A stretch of DNA of 20,000 bases from IMG/VR virus record IMGVR_UViG_3300020469_000013, one strand, 5' to 3'. A model generated the notes under the pieces. That model ran no database searches, had not been told where the DNA came from, and saw nothing but the letters and a program-made list of their open reading frames with translations. This DNA comes from an uncultured virus (IMG/VR IMGVR_UViG_3300020469_000013) (lineage: Duplodnaviria > Heunggongvirae > Uroviricota > Caudoviricetes > Kyanoviridae). Position numbers and translations under genes: made by a program. Shown here in pieces: positions 8,532 to 15,346 of this stretch; the first letter of the stretch is position 1; each line of letters begins with the position of its first letter.

Positions 8532-9349
8532 TAAAAGTTTTAAGTATTGATATTGATTATTGTTTTCCTGTAGTAGATGACTGGCCTAATGATAATAATG
8601 AACTATGGGAAGAGTGGCATCCTTATACAAAGTGGAAACAATATTTTGAAAAGTATCCTGATTTGAATGATAGGACAAAGATAATTGATGAAGAGTGTTT
8701 GGATTATATGTTAGAAACATATACTAGAGCACTTGGAGCATCTCCTAATGCTACAGTTTCTTTTGGATTTGATCATGATATGATACTTAAAGATCTTCCT
8801 AAAGGAAAGATTGATCTAGTTAACATAGATCATCATGATGATTTTTTAGCAGGATCTTATATCGGTGATGATAATGAAGGATTTAACGAGTATCTTGCTT
8901 CTCATCTATTAGAATATCATTATGCTCATACCTATGGTAAAGTTGATGAGGGTAGTTGGGGTGCATACCTACATCATCAAGGAAGACTGAATAGTATGAC
9001 TTGGATTCGTAATGAAGGAGTCAAGGAAGTTGATACTCGTACTCCAGTTAATAAATTTATATGTGAGAATGTGGGTGAACCTGCTAAATGGAAATCCTGT
9101 CATGCTCATGAGTATGATCATGGAGACTATGTTTATGATCATATCTTTGTTTGTTTATCTCCAATGTATTTTCCATTACCTGTTTGGGATACCTTTAGTG
9201 TATTCCTTGGCATCTATGAAAAACAAAGTGGAAAGGATTGTAAGATGAATGAATGGTGGGATAAAAGATATATCAATAGGATGGCTTATGGTAAGGCATA
9301 TGAGGAAGTTTATGCAGCACTTCAGAATGTCAAGAAGTCCCTAAACTAA
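8528..9349 (+). CDS. UPF0489 / arginase-deacetylase-fold-like putative metallohydrolase
   Basis: GTG start overlapping the g62 stop. VLSIDIDY, DHDMI, LVNIDHHDD, EGSW and IFVCLSP.Y provide DxD and DxHxD-type metal ligand motifs. Very acidic. Confidence 0.55.
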   Translation: MIKVLSIDIDYCFPVVDDWPNDNNELWEEWHPYTKWKQYFEKYPDLNDRTKIIDEECLDYMLETYTRALGASPNATVSFGFDHDMILKDLPKGKIDLVNIDHHDDFLAGSYIGDDNEGFNEYLASHLLEYHYAHTYGKVDEGSWGAYLHHQGRLNSMTWIRNEGVKEVDTRTPVNKFICENVGEPAKWKSCHAHEYDHGDYVYDHIFVCLSPMYFPLPVWDTFSVFLGIYEKQSGKDCKMNEWWDKRYINRMAYGKAYEEVYAALQNVKKSLN

Positions 9350-9352
9350 ATA
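9346..9352 (+). promoter_or_regulatory. T4-like late promoter motif CTAAATA upstream of regA
   Basis: CTAAATA lies 26 nt before the regA ATG. The same heptamer precedes the ORFs at 11700 and 19297 and resembles the T4 gp55 late element TATAAATA. Confidence 0.6.
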
Positions 9353-9378
9353 GAAATACTGAATTTTATCTTAGTATA

Positions 9379-9825
9379 ATGAGCGTTGTCGTTGAACCGA
9401 CCTATGATTGGTCGCCTGATCTAATGGTTGAAGTCGCATTAAGTGAACCAGATGACTTCTTAAAGGTACGAGAGACCTTAACAAGAATAGGTGTTGCTTC
9501 CCGTAAAGAAAAGAAATTATACCAGTCGTGTCATATACTACATAAACAGGGACGATATTACATTGTTCATTTCAAAGAATTATTTGCATTAGATGGAAAA
9601 AGAGCTAACCTTACTATTAACGATGTGCAGCGTAGGAATCGTATTTCTCAGTTGCTTGCTGATTGGGGCTTGATTTCTATCAAAGAATCTGTTAGAATAC
9701 AAGACATTGCACCTCTGAATCAAATCAAGGTTTTATCTTACAAGGATAAAGGCAACTGGATTTTAGAAACTAAGTACAACATTGGTCGCAAAACTAAAAC
9801 ATCAGAAGAAGAAACTGAGTCATGA
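9379..9825 (+). CDS. regA: Translational repressor RegA
   Basis: PDDFLKVRETLTRIGVAS, LYQSCHILHKQGRYYIVHFKELFALDG, RRNRI..LL.DWGL. Confidence 0.97.
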   Translation: MSVVVEPTYDWSPDLMVEVALSEPDDFLKVRETLTRIGVASRKEKKLYQSCHILHKQGRYYIVHFKELFALDGKRANLTINDVQRRNRISQLLADWGLISIKESVRIQDIAPLNQIKVLSYKDKGNWILETKYNIGRKTKTSEEETES

Positions 9826-10451
9826 CTACGAAAAAATGGATAGCATTGGGTTTGGGAGGTCTAGTTGGTCTCACTTACATTGGTGCAATAGGAACAATTG
9901 CTAGAAAGGAACCTGTGGAAAGTAGATTTCCTAGTCTTCCTGTTGGTCCTTACACATCATATAGAGTTAAGAGTAATGCAGATGGGTCATATGAAATGGC
10001 ATACAGAGCAAATGATCCTTTAGTTATGTCTAATGTAAAAGATATAAACAAGTCGGGTGGATTCTTGGGTAGTAAGAAAGAGAATATACAAACAACTGAA
10101 ATGTATACAATGGATGGAGCAGTTCATCATGGAGGACCAGTTAGTAGCACTAGTGCATGGATAGATCCATCTGCACAAGGTAAGAGTACTAAAGAACAAG
10201 CAGCAGCAATCAGTGCTAAGACAATAGCTTGTATTGAAGCTGCTGGATCTGGTAGAGGAACAGGTAGTGTAGTTGGAAGTAGCGTTGCTGCTGGAACAGT
10301 TGCTCCTGCATTAGCAAACATACCATTCGTAGGTTGGGTTGCTGCTGGATTCGTTACTATGTTCGGTGCAGATAAGGGCGGTGATATAGGTGCTGACTTG
10401 TCAACATCATACGCAGGATGCGATGATATAGATATTCCACATACTAAGTGA
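9822..10451 (+). CDS. Hypothetical membrane-associated protein with a C-terminal glycine-zipper region
   Basis: N-terminal hydrophobic helix WIALGLGGLVGLTYIGAI. The C-terminal Gly/Ala-rich GxxxG segment (GSVVGSSVAAG...IPFVGWVAAGFVTMFG..KGGDIG) is flanked by two Cys. Confidence 0.7.
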   Translation: MTTKKWIALGLGGLVGLTYIGAIGTIARKEPVESRFPSLPVGPYTSYRVKSNADGSYEMAYRANDPLVMSNVKDINKSGGFLGSKKENIQTTEMYTMDGAVHHGGPVSSTSAWIDPSAQGKSTKEQAAAISAKTIACIEAAGSGRGTGSVVGSSVAAGTVAPALANIPFVGWVAAGFVTMFGADKGGDIGADLSTSYAGCDDIDIPHTK

Positions 10452-11185
10452 AGCATTATATATTTGATGTAGATGGGACTCTTACACCTAGTAGGAGTCA
10501 GATTAATAGTGCATTTCAAGCATTGTTTATAAAATTTTGCTGTACATATCCTGTATATCTGGTTACTGGTAGTGACAGAGAGAAGACAGTTGACCAACTT
10601 GGTCTTGATATTTGCTATAGAGCAACGAGAGTATACAATTGCTCTGGTAGTGATGCTTATGAAAGAGATGTTAATGTCTATAGAGATGATTGGGAACTAC
10701 CAATGGATGTAGAAAGGTTTTTGAATGATGAGTTGGCATATAGTTGCTTTCCTATTCGTAATGGATTGCATATTGAAAGGAGACCTGGTGGAGTAAATTT
10801 TAGTATCTTGGGTAGAGGAGAAGATCCATCTGTAGGTAGAGCAGAATATATTAAATGGGATAAAGAAAGATTGGAAAGAGAAGATATTGCAAATAGACTT
10901 AGAAATAATTTTCCTAATTTATCTGTAGCACTAGGAGGACAGACTGGTCTTGACTTAGGACCTTTAGGTAGTGATAAGAGTCAGATTCTTAGAGACTTTA
11001 GACTGGGAGAAGAGTTACATTTCTTTGGTGACAGGATGGAAGAAGGAGGAAATGATCATAGTTTAGGGAAAGCAGTACAAGAAATGGGTGGTAAAGCGTA
11101 CCATGTCAAGGATTGGAAAGAGACTGAAGGTATTATAATTAGTAGTGTCGCCGAAAGGGACAACAAAAAACAACTCGCTTATTAA
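10448..11185 (+). CDS. HAD-superfamily phosphomannomutase-like protein (eukaryotic PMM type)
   Basis: FDVDGTLTPSR (DxDGT), VTGSD, HIERR.G.VNFS.LGR, GGQTGLD, DKSQ.L, HFFGDR...GGNDH. GTG start overlaps the upstream stop. Confidence 0.85.
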   Translation: MKHYIFDVDGTLTPSRSQINSAFQALFIKFCCTYPVYLVTGSDREKTVDQLGLDICYRATRVYNCSGSDAYERDVNVYRDDWELPMDVERFLNDELAYSCFPIRNGLHIERRPGGVNFSILGRGEDPSVGRAEYIKWDKERLEREDIANRLRNNFPNLSVALGGQTGLDLGPLGSDKSQILRDFRLGEELHFFGDRMEEGGNDHSLGKAVQEMGGKAYHVKDWKETEGIIISSVAERDNKKQLAY

Positions 11186-11196
11186 GGAGAACTATG
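11134..11196 (+). promoter_or_regulatory. hsp20 promoter -10 box and structured 5' leader (ROSE-like thermometer candidate)
   Basis: TATAAT at 11134-11139. Hairpin 1 is TGTC-G-CC-GAAA-GG-GACA (11146-11162). Hairpin 2 is CTC-G-CTT-ATT-AAG-GAG (11174-11189) and sequesters the SD. ATG at 11194. Confidence 0.65.
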
Positions 11197-11622
11197 ACTA
11201 ACCTATCAAGGTATCACGCTGCCAACCTTCCAGAATTAATGAAGGTCATAAGAGAAAATGGTATAGGGATGGATGACTATCTCAATCGTTTTTGGGATGA
11301 TACCACAACAAGTAATTACCCACCTTACAATCTCATCACTGTAAGTAACACAGAATCTAGACTAGAGATTGCTCTAGCAGGATTTAAAAAGGATGAGGTT
11401 AAGGTTTATACAGAGTATGGTAGACTCACTGTAGAAGGAAACAAAGAAGTTAAGGAAGATACAACTTACGCACATAGAGGACTTGCACAAAGATCCTTTA
11501 ATAGATCATGGACTATTGCTGAAGACACTATTGTCAATGAAGCAAACTTTGAAGATGGGTTACTAACTGTTACTCTTGGTAAGGTAGTTCCAGAGCATCA
11601 TCAGCGTAAAGATTGGATCTAA
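11194..11622 (+). CDS. hsp20: Small heat shock protein (Hsp20/IbpA-like)
   Basis: NYPPYNL, LEIALAGF, L.VEG, HRGLAQRSF.R.W, A.FEDGLL.V.L, VPEH. SD AAGGAG. Confidence 0.95.
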   Translation: MTNLSRYHAANLPELMKVIRENGIGMDDYLNRFWDDTTTSNYPPYNLITVSNTESRLEIALAGFKKDEVKVYTEYGRLTVEGNKEVKEDTTYAHRGLAQRSFNRSWTIAEDTIVNEANFEDGLLTVTLGKVVPEHHQRKDWI

Positions 11623-11644
11623 CTAGGCATAAATTTTTGTTAAC

Positions 11645-11668
11645 GGAAATCAATTTATGTTGATTTCC
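11645..11668. repeat. Perfect 9-bp inverted repeat
   Basis: GGAAATCAA (11645-11653), loop TTTATG, TTGATTTCC (11660-11668). Confidence 0.85.
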
Positions 11669-11671
11669 TGA

Positions 11672-11678
11672 CTAAATA
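11672..11678 (+). promoter_or_regulatory. T4-like late promoter motif CTAAATA
   Basis: CTAAATA lies 21 nt upstream of ATG 11700, with GGAG SD at 11692-11695. Confidence 0.6.
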
Positions 11679-11699
11679 AAAACAGTTATATGGAGATCG

Positions 11700-11867
11700 A
11701 TGCACAACATTATTCCACAGAATCAACTAGCAGGATGGACTATGGAGGATCATGCTTACAACAGTCAATCATGGGAACAGAAACTAGATGAGTATTATGA
11801 ATGCATTGTAGAATGTTCGGATGGTCAACCGACCTGTAAACGGATGTGCAATGAAATCCTAAGGTAA
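11700..11867 (+). CDS. 55-aa cysteine-rich microprotein (twin CX3C), not in the ORF track
   Basis: Hand translation: MHNIIPQNQLAGWTMEDHAYNSQSWEQKLDEYYECIVECSDGQPTCKRMCNEILR*. It has an SD, an upstream promoter motif and a downstream terminator. Confidence 0.8.
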   Translation: MHNIIPQNQLAGWTMEDHAYNSQSWEQKLDEYYECIVECSDGQPTCKRMCNEILR

Positions 11868-11872
11868 TATAT

Positions 11873-11898
11873 AAGGGGGTCGTCAGACCCTCTTTTTT
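11873..11898 (+). terminator. Rho-independent terminator
   Basis: Stem AAGGGGGTC, loop GTCA, GACCCTCTT (one G-U pair), running into a T6 tract 6 nt after the microprotein stop. Confidence 0.8.
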
Positions 11899-11908
11899 AT
11901 GTTATAAT
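11880..11908 (+). promoter_or_regulatory. Sigma70-type promoter overlapping the terminator, driving the g43 operon
   Basis: Extended -10 TG-T-TATAAT at 11900-11908. Weak -35 TCGTCA at 11880-11885 with 17 nt spacing. GAGG precedes ATG 11931. Confidence 0.6.
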
Positions 11909-11930
11909 GATTTGAGGAATCCAAACACAC

Positions 11931-12239
11931 ATGTCGATAAAAGTAGCATTGATCAATAGCGAACAAGTTATTGCTGATATCAAAGAAGTAATTGATCCAG
12001 AAAATGATAGTAGACAATATCTTTTCAACAATCCATTGAAGGTTGTTCTGCAACCAACATTGACTCTTCAAGAAGATGCATCTCCAATAGATGCAAATCA
12101 ATCTCAAGTTTCATTAGCAACTTGGCAACCATTAACAAGTGATTCTACTTTTATAGTGAATCCCAATTCAGTTCAATGTGTTTACGAACCCATTCCTGAT
12201 TTAAAAGCAATGTATGTGGAGTTACAAAATGGCAATTAA
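11931..12239 (+). CDS. Small conserved hypothetical protein upstream of g43 (possibly Sm-like beta fold)
   Basis: MSIKVALINSEQVIADIKEV..YLFNNP..W.PL..VYEPI; beta-rich pattern. The fold is an inference. Confidence 0.75.
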   Translation: MSIKVALINSEQVIADIKEVIDPENDSRQYLFNNPLKVVLQPTLTLQEDASPIDANQSQVSLATWQPLTSDSTFIVNPNSVQCVYEPIPDLKAMYVELQNGN

Positions 12240-12522
12240 GATAGTAGTATTTGATGACAGTTATAAATGTGTCATCGCAGATGTAGAAGAAGTTGTTGGT
12301 GCTGACATTGGAGAACCAGATTGTCAACTCACCAATCCATATGAGTTTATTGAATTCAAAGAAGGTGAGGAAGAACCAAAAGAATATATTGATCGCTTGA
12401 AACCTTGGGATGTTCTCAACAAATCAGCAGATAATAAATGTCGCATTAGTAGCGATAAGATTCTTACTCTTGTAGATGCAGAAAAATTTATCTTAGAAGC
12501 ATACAACGAAATTATTAACTGA
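12229..12522 (+). CDS. Small conserved hypothetical protein, probable paralog of the upstream gene
   Basis: The likely start is ATG 12229 (MAIKIVVF...; GGAG upstream) rather than 12214. VIADVEEV, C.LTNPY, LKPW. Abuts g43. Confidence 0.75.
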   Translation: MAIKIVVFDDSYKCVIADVEEVVGADIGEPDCQLTNPYEFIEFKEGEEEPKEYIDRLKPWDVLNKSADNKCRISSDKILTLVDAEKFILEAYNEIIN

Positions 12523-15012
12523 ATGAAGTTTTACACTAATGTGCAAATGATCGGGGATAGTTTCCTCGTTCGTGGTTATGATAATGGTGAGTACATTCAG
12601 TTCAGAGAGAAGTACAATCCAACTCTCTTTGTCCCCTCCAAGAAAAAAACTTTTTATAAAACTTTAGACGGTGAATATGTCGCACCTATTAAACCAGGTT
12701 CGGTAAGAGACTGTAGAGATTTTTATAAAAAGTATGAAGAAGTTGATGAATTTAAAATTTATGGCAACGAGAGGTATATCTACCAGTATATCTCAGATAA
12801 GTACCCCGAAGCAGAGATCAAGTTCGACATTGGAAAGGTTCGATTATTAACTGTTGATATTGAGACTCGTTCTGAGAATGGATTTCCCGATGTAGAATCT
12901 GCAGATCAAGAGATATTATTGATCTCTGTGCAGGATTATAATACGAAAGATATTACAACATGGGGTGTAGGTCCTTTTAAAGTTAAACAAGATAATGTAA
13001 GATACATTCAGTTCAATAATGAACATGATATGTTGAGTAGTTTCATCCAATGGTGGATGGACAATACTCCCGATGTCGTAACAGGATGGAATATCCAACT
13101 GTTCGATATGCCATACATTACTAAAAGGATTGAGCGTCTTCTTGGTGTAAAACTTGCTAGAAGATTATCTCCTTGGGGATTGGTTAGTCAGAAAGAAGTA
13201 TTCATCAAAGGTCGTAGACAAGTCTTTTATGATATTGGTGGCATAACTCAGTTAGATTATCTTGATCTCTATAAGAAGTTTACTTATAAAGCACAAGAAT
13301 CATATCGTTTGGATTATATTGCAAGTGTTGAACTAGGACAGAAGAAACTTGATCACTCAGAGTTTGATACCTTTAAAGATTTTTATACTAATGGTTGGCA
13401 GAAATTTGTAGAGTACAACATCAAGGATGTGGAACTTGTTGACCGTCTGGAAGATAAGATGAAACTTATTGAACTAGCACTCACTATGGCATATGATGCT
13501 AAGGTGAACTATAACGATGTATTCTATCAGGTACGGATGTGGGATACCATCATCTACAATTATCTGAAGAAAAAGGGAATAGTAATTCCCCAAAAAGAAC
13601 AGTCAGATAAATCTGACAAGTATGCAGGTGCTTATGTCAAGGAACCGATTCCAGGAAAGTATGATTGGGTTGTTAGTTTTGACCTTAACAGTCTGTATCC
13701 TCATCTTATTATGCAGTACAATATTTCCCCAGAGACCCTCAGGGAGACTCGACATCCAAAAGCAACTGTTGATAGAATCCTTGAAAAAGAAATAGAAATA
13801 GATGGTAAGGATGCTGTTGCTGCTAATGGGGCACAGTATAGAAAAGATAAGAGAGGATTTCTCCCAGAGTTAATGGAGAAGATGTATAATGAGCGTGTGA
13901 TCTTTAAGAAGAGGATGATCGATGCCAAGAAGAAATATGAGAAGGCACCCACGGTTGCTCTTGAGAAAGAAATTGCCAGATGTAATAACATACAAATGGC
14001 GAAAAAGATATCTCTTAACTCTGCTTATGGTGCTATCGGCAATCAGTACTTCAGGTATTATAAACTAGCAAATGCAGAGGCAATCACATTGTCTGGACAA
14101 GTCTCTATTAGATGGATAGAGAATAAAATGAATAACTATTTGAATAAAATTCTTAAAACACAGGATACTGATTATGTCATTGCTAGTGATACTGATTCTA
14201 TCTACCTTAACCTTGGTCCTCTTGTCGATGTTATCTACAAGGATAGAGAGAAGAATGCTGAGAACATTGTCTCGTTTCTTGATAAGATTTGTGAGGAGAA
14301 ACTTGAGCCGTTCATAGATCAGTCCTATAAGGAACTAGCAGAGTATCTTAATGCTTATGATCAAAAGATGTTCATGAAGAGAGAGAACATTGCTGATCGT
14401 GGTATATGGACTGCTAAGAAGAGATACATTCTAAATGTATGGGATAGTGAAGGAGTTAGATACGAAGAACCAAAACTAAAAGTTATGGGTATTGAATCTG
14501 TCAAGTCTTCTACTCCAGCATCTTGTAGAAATATGTTGAAGGATGCGTTTAAGATCATCATGACTGGTAGTGAAGATGATGTAATTAACTACATAGATGG
14601 GTGTCGAAATAAGTTTAGGACTTTACCTCCTGAGGAGATATCATTTCCTCGGTCAGTTTCTGATGTTGTGAAATACAAATCTCACTCTAGCATCTATATT
14701 AAAGGAACTCCTATTCATGTCAGGGGAGCACTATTGTTCAACCATTATATAAAAGATAAGAATCTTACGAATAAGTATTCTCTTATTCAAAACGGAGAGA
14801 AGATCAAATTTTGTTATTTGAAAAAACCAAATATCATTCATGAGAATGTTTTGTCTTTCATACAAGATTATCCTGTCGAGTTAGGTCTTGACAAATACAT
14901 CGACTATGATTTACAATTTAACAAGGCATTCCTTGAACCCCTTAAAATCATTCTTGATGCTATAGGTTGGAGCGTTGAGAAAACTGCTAACTTAGAATCA
15001 TTTTTTGCCTAA
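12523..15012 (+). CDS. g43: Family B DNA polymerase (T4 gp43)
   Basis: ExoI DIET, ExoII GWN..FD, ExoIII YN..DV; polymerase motifs SFDLNSLYP, KISLNSAYG, SDTDS, KKRY. C-terminal clamp-binding peptide LESFF. 829 aa with no intein or intron. Confidence 0.98.
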   Translation: MKFYTNVQMIGDSFLVRGYDNGEYIQFREKYNPTLFVPSKKKTFYKTLDGEYVAPIKPGSVRDCRDFYKKYEEVDEFKIYGNERYIYQYISDKYPEAEIKFDIGKVRLLTVDIETRSENGFPDVESADQEILLISVQDYNTKDITTWGVGPFKVKQDNVRYIQFNNEHDMLSSFIQWWMDNTPDVVTGWNIQLFDMPYITKRIERLLGVKLARRLSPWGLVSQKEVFIKGRRQVFYDIGGITQLDYLDLYKKFTYKAQESYRLDYIASVELGQKKLDHSEFDTFKDFYTNGWQKFVEYNIKDVELVDRLEDKMKLIELALTMAYDAKVNYNDVFYQVRMWDTIIYNYLKKKGIVIPQKEQSDKSDKYAGAYVKEPIPGKYDWVVSFDLNSLYPHLIMQYNISPETLRETRHPKATVDRILEKEIEIDGKDAVAANGAQYRKDKRGFLPELMEKMYNERVIFKKRMIDAKKKYEKAPTVALEKEIARCNNIQMAKKISLNSAYGAIGNQYFRYYKLANAEAITLSGQVSIRWIENKMNNYLNKILKTQDTDYVIASDTDSIYLNLGPLVDVIYKDREKNAENIVSFLDKICEEKLEPFIDQSYKELAEYLNAYDQKMFMKRENIADRGIWTAKKRYILNVWDSEGVRYEEPKLKVMGIESVKSSTPASCRNMLKDAFKIIMTGSEDDVINYIDGCRNKFRTLPPEEISFPRSVSDVVKYKSHSSIYIKGTPIHVRGALLFNHYIKDKNLTNKYSLIQNGEKIKFCYLKKPNIIHENVLSFIQDYPVELGLDKYIDYDLQFNKAFLEPLKIILDAIGWSVEKTANLESFFA
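14888..14917 (+). promoter_or_regulatory. Candidate sigma70 promoter inside the 3' end of g43
   Basis: TTGACA (14888-14893), 18 nt spacer, TACAAT (14912-14917). About 95 nt upstream of the next ORF. Confidence 0.5.
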
Positions 15013-15182
15013 TGGACTTACCAGTCAACGATAAAGAACTTGCTACTATTCTTAGTGCATTGCACTTGGGTGGCGATACTGCTCTTTATCAAAAATTAAA
15101 AATTGTAAAAGAAACTAGGGATGAAAATCCTGGTGGACCTTATAAGAAAATCATCAGAGAACAATATGGTATGATAATATGA
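15012..15182 (+). CDS. 56-aa hypothetical protein, not in the ORF track
   Basis: MDLPVNDKELATILSALHLGGDTALYQKLKIVKETRDENPGGPYKKIIREQYGMII*. TAATG overlap with the g43 stop and ATGA overlap with the next ORF. Confidence 0.75.
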   Translation: MDLPVNDKELATILSALHLGGDTALYQKLKIVKETRDENPGGPYKKIIREQYGMII

Positions 15183-15346
15183 TAGATCCAAATGAGAAGT
15201 GGAACAGAGCACTAGACATCTTTATAGAATCAGTTCATAAACCTGATACTAGACTAAGAGGTTGTGCTCATAACCAGAAATGTTATGACGAAATTATGCA
15301 AGTGCGTGATAATGTGCTAGAATACTTAAATACATTGAGAAAGTAA
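15179..15346 (+). CDS. 55-aa hypothetical protein with a CAHNQxC motif, not in the ORF track
   Basis: MIDPNEKWNRALDIFIESVHKPDTRLRGCAHNQKCYDEIMQVRDNVLEYLNTLRK*. TAATG overlap with the uvsX start. Confidence 0.78.
   Translation: MIDPNEKWNRALDIFIESVHKPDTRLRGCAHNQKCYDEIMQVRDNVLEYLNTLRK

Noticed and set aside
11700..11867. Calling the Cys-rich microprotein CP12
   Set aside because: It lacks the CP12 AWD.VEEL core and the C-terminal C-x8-C..Y(D/E) pattern, and the Cys spacing differs.
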